NCBI RefSeq assembly: GCF_000341395.1
Contig: NC_020304.1
Span: 1,890,001-1,922,000, forward strand
Source: Desulfocapsa sulfexigens DSM 10523
GTDB taxonomy: Bacteria; Desulfobacterota; Desulfobulbia; Desulfobulbales; Desulfocapsaceae
Direction: 5' to 3'
Length of the DNA stretch: 32,000 nt
Shown: in pieces, positions 16,878 through 28,070 of the stretch
Numbering within the stretch: the stretch's first letter is position 1
Layout: every line of letters starts with the position of its first letter
Program-made: the position numbers and the translations under genes
Notes under the pieces: generated by a model
What the model was told of the DNA's origin: nothing
Seen by the model: the letters and a program-made list of their open reading frames with translations, nothing else
The model's database searches: none

Positions 16878-18401
16878 ATGCAAATCAAAGCCGAAGAAAT
16901 CAGTCAGATTATAAAAGATCAGATTGGTGAGTACGAAACCAGTATTGACCTGAATGAGACCGGTACCGTCATCTCCGTTGGTGATGGTATTGCACGTGTT
17001 TACGGAGTCCAAAATTGTATGGCCATGGAACTTCTTGAATTCCCTGGTGGAATCATGGGTCTGGCTCTCAACCTTGAGGAAGACAACGTAGGTTGTGCAG
17101 TCCTTGGTTCGGTTACCAAAATTAAAGAAGGTGACCTTGTAAAGCGTACCGGGAAAATCGCAGAGGTTCCTGTTGGACCGGAGATGGAAGGTCGTGTTGT
17201 TGATGGTATCGGTTTCCCAATTGATGGGCAGGGTGCTATTAATGCAAAGCTGAGTTCCAAAATAGAAGTTCTGGCCCCTGGTGTTATTGCCCGTAAAGGT
17301 GTACATGAGCCATGTTACACTGGTGCTAAGGCCGTTGATGCCATGACTCCAGTAGGACGTGGACAGCGTGAGCTTGTTATTGGTGACAGGCAGATTGGAA
17401 AAACTGCCCTTTGTGTTGATGCTATTATCGCCCAAAAACATACAGACGTTCATTGTATTTATGTGGCTGTTGGTCAGAAAAAATCAACCGTAGCACTTAT
17501 TGTTGAGGCCCTAAGAAAACACGGTGCAATGGAATACACCACCGTAGTTGCTGCATGTGCCTCTGATCCAGCTCCTATGCAGTACATTGCACCATTTGCC
17601 GGAACTTCCATGGGTGAGTATTTCCGTGATAATGGCCAGCATGCACTTATCGTCTATGATGATTTGTCAAAACAGGCCGTTGCCTATCGTGAACTTTCAC
17701 TGCTTCTTCGTCGTCCACCAGGACGTGAGGCATATCCTGGAGATATTTTCTTCAACCATTCCCGTCTCCTTGAGCGTTCATCCAAGGTTTCTGATGAACT
17801 TGGTGCCGGATCTTTGACTGCACTTCCAATTATTGAGACCCAGGCTGGTGACGTTTCTGCTTTCATTCCTACGAACGTTATTTCCATCACAGATGGCCAG
17901 GTATATCTCGAGCCTAACCTGTTCTTCTCAGGTGTTCGTCCTGCCATTAACGTAGGTCTGTCCGTATCTCGTGTTGGTGGTGCCGCACAGGTGAAAGCGA
18001 TGAAACAGGTTGCTGGTACACTTCGCCTAGACCTTGCTCAGTATCGTGAGTTGGCTGCTTTTGCTGCATTTGGATCTGATCTTGATGCTAAGACTCAAGC
18101 ACAGTTGACTCGTGGTGAACGTCTGGTTGAAATCTTAAAACAACCACAGTACGCACCACTTACCATGGAAAAACAGGTTACCATCCTTTATGCAGGTGCC
18201 AATGGCTATCTTGATAAGCTTCCTATTGACACTATGAGGGATTACGAGGATGAGATGTTCAGCTATATTGAGTCCAATGATGCCTCTATCTTTGCAGACC
18301 TGAAAGAGCAGGAAGAATTCACTGATGCCATTAAAGAAAAGCTGAATAAAGCACTTGATGCTTTCGGTGAAACTTTTAAGGCAACCAAGGGCCTCAAATA
18401 A
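16878..18401 (+). CDS. atpA: F-type ATP synthase F1 subunit alpha.
   Basis: 507 aa. Walker A is GDRQIGKT. Also present: [44 protein letters not shown]. Confidence 0.98.
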   Translation: MQIKAEEISQIIKDQIGEYETSIDLNETGTVISVGDGIARVYGVQNCMAMELLEFPGGIMGLALNLEEDNVGCAVLGSVTKIKEGDLVKRTGKIAEVPVGPEMEGRVVDGIGFPIDGQGAINAKLSSKIEVLAPGVIARKGVHEPCYTGAKAVDAMTPVGRGQRELVIGDRQIGKTALCVDAIIAQKHTDVHCIYVAVGQKKSTVALIVEALRKHGAMEYTTVVAACASDPAPMQYIAPFAGTSMGEYFRDNGQHALIVYDDLSKQAVAYRELSLLLRRPPGREAYPGDIFFNHSRLLERSSKVSDELGAGSLTALPIIETQAGDVSAFIPTNVISITDGQVYLEPNLFFSGVRPAINVGLSVSRVGGAAQVKAMKQVAGTLRLDLAQYRELAAFAAFGSDLDAKTQAQLTRGERLVEILKQPQYAPLTMEKQVTILYAGANGYLDKLPIDTMRDYEDEMFSYIESNDASIFADLKEQEEFTDAIKEKLNKALDAFGETFKATKGLK

Positions 18402-18419
18402 TAGAGGAGAACGCTTGAT

Positions 18420-19292
18420 ATGCCTAGTTTAAAAGACGTTCAAAATAAGATAGTTGGTGTCAAGAAGACGGCACAGATAACATCGGCCATGAACATGGTC
18501 GCTTCTGCTAAGCTTCGTGGTGCACAGGAGAAGATGGAGAATTTCCGTCCCTATGCCGACAAGTTTAATGAGGCCATGTCCAATCTTTCGGGTGGTGGAA
18601 ATACCGACGCGTTTCCTCTGATGGATGTGCGTGATGTTAAAACCGTGGAACTTGTCGTTATAACATCGGATCGGGGATTGTGTGGATCCTTTAATTCAAA
18701 CATACTGAAACTCGCCTATAAAAAGATTGATGAGTATGAGGCTCAGGGGAAGACGGTTAGTGTTGTCTGTGTAGGAAAAAAAGGAAATCAGTCTCTGAAA
18801 AAAACGGGAAAGGTTCGGACTCGTTTTGTTGATATCATGTCTGATTTTCAGATGTTCAATGCCAGAGAGATCGCTCAGGATGTAGCAACTAATTTCCTCA
18901 GTGGCGCTGCTGATAAAGTTGAAGTTATTTATGGAAGTTTTCAATCTGTAGCCATTCAGCGACCAGTCGTTCAGGAGATGCTCCCCATCACTCCAATCGA
19001 AACAGAAGGTGAGGAGATTAAAAAACAGGCAGGAGACTATATCTATGAGCCTTCAACCGAAGAAATCATGGATGTTATGCAGCCTCTGTACCTGAATGTC
19101 ATAATTTATCATGCCATGCTTGAAGTCGGTGCTTCCGAACATGCAGCAAGAATGACTTCCATGGATAACGCTACTAACGCATGTAAGGATATTGTAAGCG
19201 ACCTCACCCTTGTGTACAACAAAGCAAGGCAGGCTGCTGTTACCGGTGAGCTGATGGATATTGTTGGCGGCGCCGAAGCCCTTAAGGGATAA
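18420..19292 (+). CDS. atpG: F-type ATP synthase F1 subunit gamma.
   Basis: 290 aa. N-terminal MPSLKDVQNKIVGVKKTAQITSAMNMVASAKL and C-terminal ITGELMDIVGGAEAL are gamma hallmarks. Confidence 0.95.
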   Translation: MPSLKDVQNKIVGVKKTAQITSAMNMVASAKLRGAQEKMENFRPYADKFNEAMSNLSGGGNTDAFPLMDVRDVKTVELVVITSDRGLCGSFNSNILKLAYKKIDEYEAQGKTVSVVCVGKKGNQSLKKTGKVRTRFVDIMSDFQMFNAREIAQDVATNFLSGAADKVEVIYGSFQSVAIQRPVVQEMLPITPIETEGEEIKKQAGDYIYEPSTEEIMDVMQPLYLNVIIYHAMLEVGASEHAARMTSMDNATNACKDIVSDLTLVYNKARQAAVTGELMDIVGGAEALKG

Positions 19293-19311
19293 TAACCATA
19301 CGCAAATATAA

Positions 19312-20751
<1,440 letters not shown>

Positions 20752-20780
20752 ACTAACTGACAAGCATACGAGGATATACA

Positions 20781-21194
20781 ATGGCACAACAAATACATTT
20801 AGAAGTAGTAACTCCTGCCGGGGCTGTGGTTAGCGAGGATGTGGATATCGTTAATGCACCTGGATATGGTGGTGACTTTGGTGTGTTGGCCAATCATGCT
20901 CCTTTTCTTTCTACTATTAAAATCGGGATCCTGACCTATGCACAGGGTAATAACAGGAAAAGTCTTATGATTAGTGGCGGCTTCTCTGAAGTCTCCAATA
21001 ATAAAATTACTTTTCTTGTTGAGAGTGCCGAAAGTGGTAGTAGTATTGATGTAGATAGGGCTATGAAGGCAAAAGAGAGGGCTGAAAAACGCCTTGCTCA
21101 GGCTGCTGCGCATGATGATCAGTTTAATCAGGTCAGGGCCGAGGCGGCTCTGCAGCGCGCACTTGCACGAATCAAAGCATCTAAGATTGCTTGA
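20781..21194 (+). CDS. atpC: F-type ATP synthase F1 subunit epsilon.
   Basis: 137 aa. N-terminal beta-sandwich ([38 protein letters not shown]) plus a C-terminal helical hairpin. Last gene before the terminator. Confidence 0.93.
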   Translation: MAQQIHLEVVTPAGAVVSEDVDIVNAPGYGGDFGVLANHAPFLSTIKIGILTYAQGNNRKSLMISGGFSEVSNNKITFLVESAESGSSIDVDRAMKAKERAEKRLAQAAAHDDQFNQVRAEAALQRALARIKASKIA

Positions 21195-21218
21195 TTAAGT
21201 AATCTATAGTAATATTAG

Positions 21219-21250
21219 AAGGTCGTCCTTTTTGGGCGACCTTTTTTTTT
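21219..21250 (+). terminator. Rho-independent terminator of the atp operon.
   Basis: aaggtcgtcc (21219-21228) pairs with gggcgacctt (21234-21243), with one G-U pair and a 5-nt loop. The T-run extends to 21250. Confidence 0.8.
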
Positions 21251-21306
21251 ACCTTTTTTGTATCAGTTTATTTGATATTGATAATCTATCTTTTTGAGGA
21301 GTATGT

Positions 21307-22728
21307 ATGAAAGCCAAGGAACGCATGGGCATAGCACGACAGATGCCAGTTGAAACGTCTCCAGCTAAGCGTGTGAAGAATTTTGATGAAATTGTTTCTG
21401 GATACAGTGAGTTTACAGCTATTCTTGAAGCAGAGCGCTGTCTCCAGTGCAAAAAACCTACCTGCATGAATGGCTGTCCTATTCATAATAATATACCAGG
21501 ATTTATTAAGCATCTGCGTGAAAAGAAGTTTGAAGAAGCATACTGGACTATTCGTGAGACCTCATCCATGCCTGCGATTTGCTCCAGAGTCTGTCCCCAC
21601 GAATTTCAATGTGAAGGGTTTTGTGTACGTGGCAAAGGAAAAGGACAATCTGTTGCTATTGGTATGCTTGAAAGATTTATTGTTGATTGGATGGTAGAGA
21701 ATAAGAAACCAATGGAGACTGCATGTGCTATTCCTGGTGATAAGAAGGTCGCTATTATTGGCTCAGGACCTGCAGGAATGACAGTTGCCTACTGGCTTGC
21801 CCATAAGGGAATTCCCTGTACAATTTTTGAAGCATTGCCAGTGTATGGCGGTATGCTTACCGTAGGCATCCCTCCATTTCGCCTCCCACGAGATATCATA
21901 AATGCAGAAATTGATGCTTTAAAGCATTGTGGGGTCACTCTTCATACCAACGTCGTTATTGGCAGAGATAAAACCATTGCCGATCTCAGAGCCGAAGGAT
22001 TCGATGCCATTTTTAATGGTGTTGGCGCCCATGCCAGTAGAAAGCTGGGGCTTGATGATGAAGAAACAACAGCCGGTGTTTTTCATGGAGTAGATTATCT
22101 GCGACGTGTAAATTTAGGTGAAAAGCTAGATCTTGGAAAGAAAGTGGTGGTTGTTGGTGGTGGAAATGTTGCCATTGATGTCGCCCGAACCTCGTTACGT
22201 CTTGGTTCTACAGATGTTTTTATTCTCTATAGACGATCCCGTGAAGAGATGCCTGCATCTTCAGCCGAAATTCATCACCTTGAAGAGGAAGGGGTTCGCA
22301 TTGAATTTCTTGCTGCTCCAGTAAAAATACATTCTGAGAATGGTAAACTGACTAAAGTTGAATGCGTTAGAATGGAACTCGGTGAACCCGATGATTCAGG
22401 TCGGCGTCGTCCTGTTGTCCAGGAAAATTCTAATTTTATGATCGAGGCAGACTCTATTGTTCCTGCTATCAGTCAGAATGTTGAGCATACTGCTATTACC
22501 GGAACAGATGTAGAACTCATGTCATGGGGTACCTTCGACACTGACGCCAGAACACTGCAGACGTCGTTGGAATATATGTTTGCTGGTGGTGACAATGTTC
22601 TAGGACCTCAAACAGTTGCTAAAGCTGTATACCAGGGAAAAGTCGCTGCGGAATCGATAGAACGGTATATTAATGGTCAGGATCTCAAAGAAGATAGAGA
22701 ATTCTTATGTGATCAAATTGATTGGTAA
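21307..22728 (+). CDS. GltD/NfnB/SudA-like NAD(P)H-dependent FeS flavoprotein (glutamate synthase small-chain family).
   Basis: 473 aa. N-terminal Cys clusters CLQCKKPTCMNGCP and CSRVCPHEFQCEGFC. Two Rossmann GxGxxG motifs (IIGSGPAG and VVGGGNVA). GAGGAG lies 5 nt upstream of the ATG. The specific partner and substrate cannot be assigned. Confidence 0.85.
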   Translation: MKAKERMGIARQMPVETSPAKRVKNFDEIVSGYSEFTAILEAERCLQCKKPTCMNGCPIHNNIPGFIKHLREKKFEEAYWTIRETSSMPAICSRVCPHEFQCEGFCVRGKGKGQSVAIGMLERFIVDWMVENKKPMETACAIPGDKKVAIIGSGPAGMTVAYWLAHKGIPCTIFEALPVYGGMLTVGIPPFRLPRDIINAEIDALKHCGVTLHTNVVIGRDKTIADLRAEGFDAIFNGVGAHASRKLGLDDEETTAGVFHGVDYLRRVNLGEKLDLGKKVVVVGGGNVAIDVARTSLRLGSTDVFILYRRSREEMPASSAEIHHLEEEGVRIEFLAAPVKIHSENGKLTKVECVRMELGEPDDSGRRRPVVQENSNFMIEADSIVPAISQNVEHTAITGTDVELMSWGTFDTDARTLQTSLEYMFAGGDNVLGPQTVAKAVYQGKVAAESIERYINGQDLKEDREFLCDQIDW

Positions 22729-22790
22729 CTCAGTAACTGATCAGAAATATGGTTCTGTATTCTTTCAGCGGGTTGATCTGATCTGTGTCA

Positions 22791-22823
22791 AAGGCCTTAC
22801 ATTCCATTGGAATTTAAGGCCTT
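22791..22823. repeat. 33-bp near-perfect inverted repeat between convergent genes; a hairpin or bidirectional terminator without a U-tract, or a protein site.
   Basis: aaggccttacattcca (22791-22806), t, tggaatttaaggcctt (22808-22823). The arms are complementary at 15/16 positions. Confidence 0.5.
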
Positions 22824-22846
22824 GTCGTATTACTGAATCAGTTTTT

Positions 22847-24703
22847 CTAAAGGCTTGCTGCAGTGGAATGGATATAACTCTGTACGCCTGAGACGATATC
22901 TTCGGCGATCATATTTAGAAATGTATCTGTACTGAGGTTTTTTGATTCCTTGGGGTTTGTAATGAAAGCGACTTCTATCAGAATGGCTGGCATTTCAGCA
23001 CCAATCAAGACATAAAATGGTGCCTGTTTGACACCAAGATCCTTGAACTTCTTCTTTTGCTGACCCTCCATCCCGTTACACAATGAATTATGAACAAATC
23101 CTGCAAGTCTTGAGGATTCGTTTATTTTCGAATTCTTTAGAATATCAGAAAGAATATCCTGTAGGTCACTCATCTGGTGAGTTGATGTGGCATTCTCAAA
23201 GGCTGCAACCCGCATAGCCTCGGCATTTGTAGAAAGATTAAGGTAGTAGGTTTCCAAACCATGAACCTTCGGGGAATGATGGGCATTGATGTGAAGGGAA
23301 ATAAAAAGATCTGCCTCGTTGGTGTTGGCAATTGCAGTTCGTTCTTCAAGTGGAATAAAGACATCGGTATCACGGGTGAGAATAACCTCTGCGCCTGTTT
23401 CTTTAGATAAAATAGGAGCGAGTTTTTGAGCGATTTCGAGGACAATATTTTTTTCTTTTAAACCAAAAGCTGAGGCACCGGGATCTTTACCGCCATGTCC
23501 AGGATCAATAATTATTTTCCTTACTCCAAGTCCGAGTTGTTGAGCTAGTGAAAGTTGCTTTTCAGCTATCTCCTCAACATTCTTTTTTGGGCTGGCCTTT
23601 TCTATAGTGTTTTCTGAAGCGGCGATTTCTTTGGTGGCGTTTACTCTGATCTTTTTAAAATCTTCTAGAATGGTAATTTGTTCTACAGTACTGTCTTCAA
23701 TACTACTGGAGGGTATCTCTGATGCAACCTGAACTGGTGGTTTCGGAATGTTTTTAGCAGGCTTGGTAGTTGCATTTGACGCTTCACCTCGAACATCAAT
23801 AACCACGCGAAAGGGATCCGGCAGACTGAATATCTTGTAGTCTGAGATAGATTCTATATCCAGGACCACACGAACAACTTCAGGAGTGAACTGACCGGTT
23901 CTGATTTGCTTTAGGAGACCATCTTCAATGGGAACAGGTGCTCGATATTTTGGTTCTATATAAGATTGTTGAAAATCAAGATACAATCTTCTTGGTTTAG
24001 TGCCGTTTTTTTCTAAAAGTGTCTCCTGATATCGGACTGGGCCGGATGCATTAATAACAACACGAGTGTAGTTATTATTAGACCAATATTTTACAGGGAG
24101 CACGTAGTTAAGGTTCCCCAGATAGGTGCTCTTAAGCATGGCATCGGGTAAGGGGATGTTGTGTTCCTGGGAAATCATTTTGAGTTTATCGGATGCGTGA
24201 CTGTACATATCACCATTTCGATAATCTGCTATAATTCTGGTGTAATGAACCGCAGCCTTTTGAGGGTCATTTTTTTTATTCAGATAAAGGTTTCCAACGG
24301 CAAGGAGTGCATCGTCAGCAAGACTGTTCTTTGGGAACAGATCAGAGACATCAGAATAATAGGATAGTGATTCCTGAAGATCCAATTCGTTGTTAAAACG
24401 ACGATACATTTTGGCGTACATCCGGCCGAGCATATAGAGACTTGGTGCTGCAAAATAGGATTTTGGACTGCTTAGATAAATTTTCCTGAAATTTCGTACC
24501 CCGTTTAACCAGTTATCGCGAGAAGTACCTAATGTACTGTTGGTATGAAGCTCGTTGTAATAAAATTTTGCCTGCTGGTAACGTTTTTCGAGATTGGAAA
24601 AATCAGAGGAATCTGGCTCAATCTCGGCTGCTGGAGACAAACCTGCAGATAGAAAATAGCTGAAGAAAAGTAAAAGAAAGAAAGATATGAAAAGTTTAAC
24701 CAT
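22847..24703 (-). CDS. N-acetylmuramoyl-L-alanine amidase (Amidase_3, AmiC-like) with an N-terminal TPR/YbgF-like region and an AMIN domain.
   Basis: 618 aa. Signal peptide MVKLFISFFLLLFFSYFLSA. TPR-like helices at ~40-180. AMIN-like segment (TRVVINASG...FRVVIDVRG). Catalytic domain KIIIDPGHGGKDPGA...ADLFISLHINA. Confidence 0.88.
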   Translation of the reverse strand: MVKLFISFFLLLFFSYFLSAGLSPAAEIEPDSSDFSNLEKRYQQAKFYYNELHTNSTLGTSRDNWLNGVRNFRKIYLSSPKSYFAAPSLYMLGRMYAKMYRRFNNELDLQESLSYYSDVSDLFPKNSLADDALLAVGNLYLNKKNDPQKAAVHYTRIIADYRNGDMYSHASDKLKMISQEHNIPLPDAMLKSTYLGNLNYVLPVKYWSNNNYTRVVINASGPVRYQETLLEKNGTKPRRLYLDFQQSYIEPKYRAPVPIEDGLLKQIRTGQFTPEVVRVVLDIESISDYKIFSLPDPFRVVIDVRGEASNATTKPAKNIPKPPVQVASEIPSSSIEDSTVEQITILEDFKKIRVNATKEIAASENTIEKASPKKNVEEIAEKQLSLAQQLGLGVRKIIIDPGHGGKDPGASAFGLKEKNIVLEIAQKLAPILSKETGAEVILTRDTDVFIPLEERTAIANTNEADLFISLHINAHHSPKVHGLETYYLNLSTNAEAMRVAAFENATSTHQMSDLQDILSDILKNSKINESSRLAGFVHNSLCNGMEGQQKKKFKDLGVKQAPFYVLIGAEMPAILIEVAFITNPKESKNLSTDTFLNMIAEDIVSGVQSYIHSTAASL

Positions 24704-24892
24704 TACTTGCTGTTAGGTGCCTGGGTGGTCTCGTCGGGTATGAATGTTAATCAGCATAAATCGAAATAATTGATATCATTTGCTATATTTACGGGAGTAT
24801 ACCTAAAAGATATCCTGAAGGCAAAAGAAAATATGCATATAAGCTCTGAAAAGGTCAATAAAATAAGGGATTGAAAAAAATTAAGAGTCGTA

Positions 24893-27562
24893 TTACTTCA
24901 GGTGCTTCATAAGTTCGTAGATAAGATCAAGCGCCTGACGGGGGCTGAGGTCGTCGACGCTAATATTTTGGAGCAGTGTACGTAATGGATCCTGTTGAGC
25001 TGGAGGGAAGAGAGATAACTGGTTAGGATGTTTTTTACCACGGGGTTTTCGGGGATTAGAACTTTTAGCGATGCTTGGTGTCCCGTCGTGATTGAATTCT
25101 CCTTGTTCAATGTTTTTAAGAATCTCTCCAGCACGCCTGACGACACGCTCTGGGACTCCGGCAAGGCCAGCAACCTGAATACCATAGGAACGATTGGTTC
25201 CACCTTTCACAAGTTTGTGGAGAAAGATAATGGTGTCGTTCCATTCACGAACTGCAATGGAGTAGTTTCGGACCCTTTCCTCGGTCCTGGCAAGGTCGGT
25301 GAGCTCGTGATAATGTGTAGCAAAGAGGGTTTTGACGCCTTTATTGTTTTTTTGAACAAGATCCTCTGCTACTGCCCACGCTATGGAGAGGCCATCAAAA
25401 GTTGAGGTGCCTCGGCCGATTTCATCAAGAATGACCAGGCTTTTTTCGGTAGCATTGTTGAGAATATTGGCGGTTTCGTTCATCTCAACCATAAACGTTG
25501 ACTGACCACGTCTGAGATCATCCATGGCTCCGACTCGAGTAAAGATCCTGTCAACGACACCAATGGAAGCTTCTTTTGCTGGAACAAAGGAACCCATTTG
25601 TGCCATAAGGACAATGAGTGCTGTTTGACGGAGGATGGTGGATTTTCCAGCCATATTGGGACCGGTTATAATAAGCACTTCTTCTGTTTCCTGATCAAGG
25701 TGTACATCATTGGGGACAAATTTGCCATTCGGGAGAGATCGTTCAATGACAGGATGTCTCCCCTCAATGATGTCGATAGAATCGCCGTTGTTAACTTCTG
25801 GGCACTTGTAGCGATAAAGGTGAGCAACCTCGGCAAGGCAGACTAGAAAATCAGTTTTGGCGAGTAATGCGCCACTTTTTAATAGCCGTGAACTTTCGCT
25901 GGCGAGTTGGGAGCGAATTTCAACGAAGAGTTGGTATTCGAGTTCGAGCCGTCTATCCTGAGCACCAAGCACCTTTGTTTCAAACTCCTTGAGTTCAGGT
26001 GTGATAAAGCGTTCTGCGTTGACAAGGGTTTGTTTTCGAATATAGGTATCGGGGACATTGGCGGACTGGAGTCGGCTTACTTCGATGAAATAGCCAAAGA
26101 CCTTATTAAATCCGACTTTAAGTTTTGCTATACCCGTGGCGTTGCGCTCCTGACTTTCGAGATCAAGGATAAGTTGTCTGCCGTGGCGCTGAATATGCAT
26201 CAGTTCGTCGAGTTCTTCGTTGTACCCTTCCTTTATCAATCGTCCTTCCCTGAGGGTGATGGGGGCTTCTTCATGAATGGTGTTTTCGAGGAGTTGGTGG
26301 AGATCTGCAAGAACATCCAGGTCTTCTCCAATTTTCCGTATATGCTCTGCATCACATTGGAGTAGCAGTTCCCTGATGGCAGGGAGTTTCGCAAGAGATT
26401 GTTTTAACGCAAGCATGTCACGACCATTTCCGTTTCCCAGGACCATACGACTGTTTAGTCGTTCAACGTCATAGATGGTGGTGAGAAGTTCCCGGAAGGT
26501 ATTGCGGATGGCTGTGTGGCCATAAAGAAACCGTACAGCACCAAGACGTGCGTTAATGCGTTCAACGTTCTGAAGGGGAAAGAGAATTTCCTGCTTGAGC
26601 ATTCTGGCACCCATCGGTGTGCAGCTGTGGTCAAGAACAGAAAGGAGGGAGCCCTCACGCTGAGACCCTATAATTGTCTGGGTGAGTTCAAGGTTTCTTC
26701 TGGATGAGTCGTCAATCTGAAGGATAAGCTCAAGATCAATTGGAGTGAGTTTCTCTATATGGCTGATGTCACTTTTCTGCGTTTCAATGACATAGTCAAG
26801 GAGGACTCCGGCTGCAATGACTCCCTGTTTTAATGTGTTGCAGCCAAATCCCGCTAAATTGTTTACCTTAAAATGTTCAATGAGAAGCTCTTCACAGCTT
26901 GAAAAATGAAACTGAGTTGCAGGGCGCTGGGTGACACATAAGCCGGGAAGAAGGGTGGTGGCTGTATCGACCAGACCTCCAATGAGATCGAGGTCGTTTT
27001 CATTTACCAGCAATTCTGCAGGTGTCATGCGGGTGAGCTGGTCGAGGATGCTTTCACCATTGTTGGTAGTGTCTAGAAATTCACCTAAGAGAAATGCACC
27101 TGTACTGAGATCAAGAAAACTGATTCCGTAAAGAGTGTCATTTCCTTTACCTTTACAGCAGATTGCAGCAACATAGAGGTTGTCCTTGTCATCAAGAATT
27201 CCGGAATCTACTACCACCCCAGGGGAGACGACACGAACTACTTCACGGCGCACTATGCCCTTGGCTTCACTGGGATTTTCTGTTTGTTCACAGATTGCAA
27301 CACGGCGTCCTGCCTTAACAAGTTTCGCAAGGTATCCGCTTGCTGCATGATAGGGAATGCCACACATGGGAACTTTATTGGTAGCGTCTTTACTGTTTCG
27401 CGATGTCAGGGTTATTCCGAGAATTTTTGAAGCAACCGCAGCATCTTCAAAAAACATTTCATAAAAATCGCCCATCCTGTAAAAGAGAATAGCATCTTGA
27501 TATTGCTCCTTGATTTCAAGGTACTGTTGGAGCATGGGAGTGATTTTTGGAGCTTTAGTCAT
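24893..27562 (-). CDS. mutS: DNA mismatch repair protein MutS.
   Basis: 889 aa from ATG at 27562 (MTKAPKITPMLQQYLEIKEQY, the canonical MutS N-terminus). Walker A is GPNMAGKST. STFMVEM and DEIGRGTSTFDG are present. The ORF-track start at 27658 is an out-of-context extension into the upstream gene. Confidence 0.95.
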   Translation of the reverse strand: MTKAPKITPMLQQYLEIKEQYQDAILFYRMGDFYEMFFEDAAVASKILGITLTSRNSKDATNKVPMCGIPYHAASGYLAKLVKAGRRVAICEQTENPSEAKGIVRREVVRVVSPGVVVDSGILDDKDNLYVAAICCKGKGNDTLYGISFLDLSTGAFLLGEFLDTTNNGESILDQLTRMTPAELLVNENDLDLIGGLVDTATTLLPGLCVTQRPATQFHFSSCEELLIEHFKVNNLAGFGCNTLKQGVIAAGVLLDYVIETQKSDISHIEKLTPIDLELILQIDDSSRRNLELTQTIIGSQREGSLLSVLDHSCTPMGARMLKQEILFPLQNVERINARLGAVRFLYGHTAIRNTFRELLTTIYDVERLNSRMVLGNGNGRDMLALKQSLAKLPAIRELLLQCDAEHIRKIGEDLDVLADLHQLLENTIHEEAPITLREGRLIKEGYNEELDELMHIQRHGRQLILDLESQERNATGIAKLKVGFNKVFGYFIEVSRLQSANVPDTYIRKQTLVNAERFITPELKEFETKVLGAQDRRLELEYQLFVEIRSQLASESSRLLKSGALLAKTDFLVCLAEVAHLYRYKCPEVNNGDSIDIIEGRHPVIERSLPNGKFVPNDVHLDQETEEVLIITGPNMAGKSTILRQTALIVLMAQMGSFVPAKEASIGVVDRIFTRVGAMDDLRRGQSTFMVEMNETANILNNATEKSLVILDEIGRGTSTFDGLSIAWAVAEDLVQKNNKGVKTLFATHYHELTDLARTEERVRNYSIAVREWNDTIIFLHKLVKGGTNRSYGIQVAGLAGVPERVVRRAGEILKNIEQGEFNHDGTPSIAKSSNPRKPRGKKHPNQLSLFPPAQQDPLRTLLQNISVDDLSPRQALDLIYELMKHLK

Positions 27563-28070
27563 TGTTTCCTGTTGTGTCTTTAAGAAGTTTCTGAAAAGGG
27601 GGGAGAAGTTTGTCAAATGTAGTCTGGAGATGCTCAGGAATTGAGCGAACATCTGCAAGTACCGTCATAAAGTTGTGATCTCCTTCCCAGCGTGGAACAA
27701 TATGAAAATGGAGGTGATCTGCAATACCAGCTCCTGCAACACTGCCAAGATTGCACCCAATGTTGAGGCCATCTGGATGTAAAAACTCACGGAGTATTTG
27801 GGTGGCCTCTGAAACCATGGCCATGAGGGAGTCTCGTTCGGACTTGTTCAATTCGGTGATACAGGCAATGTGTCTCGTTGGTGCAATTAATAGATGGCCA
27901 TTGCTGTATGGGTATCTGTTTAGGAGAACGATGTCTTTCTGGTCCCGATAGAGCAACAACGATTCCCTGTCGAAAGAGGCTGTGCCCGGTGGTTCAAAGA
28001 GACAACCAGTAATTTTGGCTGTTTTTCCTTGGACATGCTCCATGCGCCAGGGCGCCATAAGTGTTCTCAT
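27555..28070 (-). CDS. HIT-family nucleotide hydrolase/transferase (APWRME-type, Ap4A-phosphorylase-like subgroup).
   Basis: 171 aa from ATG at 28070 (MRTLMAPWRMEHV). Histidine triad HLHFHIVPRWEGDHNFM. Its start overlaps the upstream gene stop (ATGA), and its last 8 nt overlap the mutS start. Confidence 0.85.
   Translation of the reverse strand: MRTLMAPWRMEHVQGKTAKITGCLFEPPGTASFDRESLLLYRDQKDIVLLNRYPYSNGHLLIAPTRHIACITELNKSERDSLMAMVSEATQILREFLHPDGLNIGCNLGSVAGAGIADHLHFHIVPRWEGDHNFMTVLADVRSIPEHLQTTFDKLLPPFQKLLKDTTGNND

Noticed and set aside
16656-17453. 265-aa antisense ORF over atpH/atpA, and the 270-aa antisense ORF at 19053-19865 over atpG/atpD.
   Set aside because: They lie opposite highly conserved F1 genes whose identity is unambiguous. 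Their sequences are Ser/Thr/Pro-rich nonsense with no motifs.
27563-27658. 32-residue N-terminal extension of MutS (921-aa ORF). The 60-residue extension of the HIT ORF (28071-28250) and the 47-residue extension of the carboxypeptidase ORF (1927-2067) are the same kind of case.
   Set aside because: The extensions run deep into the upstream genes. The conserved family N-termini (MTKAPKITPMLQQY, MAPWRME) or a signal peptide (MQIKNY...) begin at the internal ATGs.
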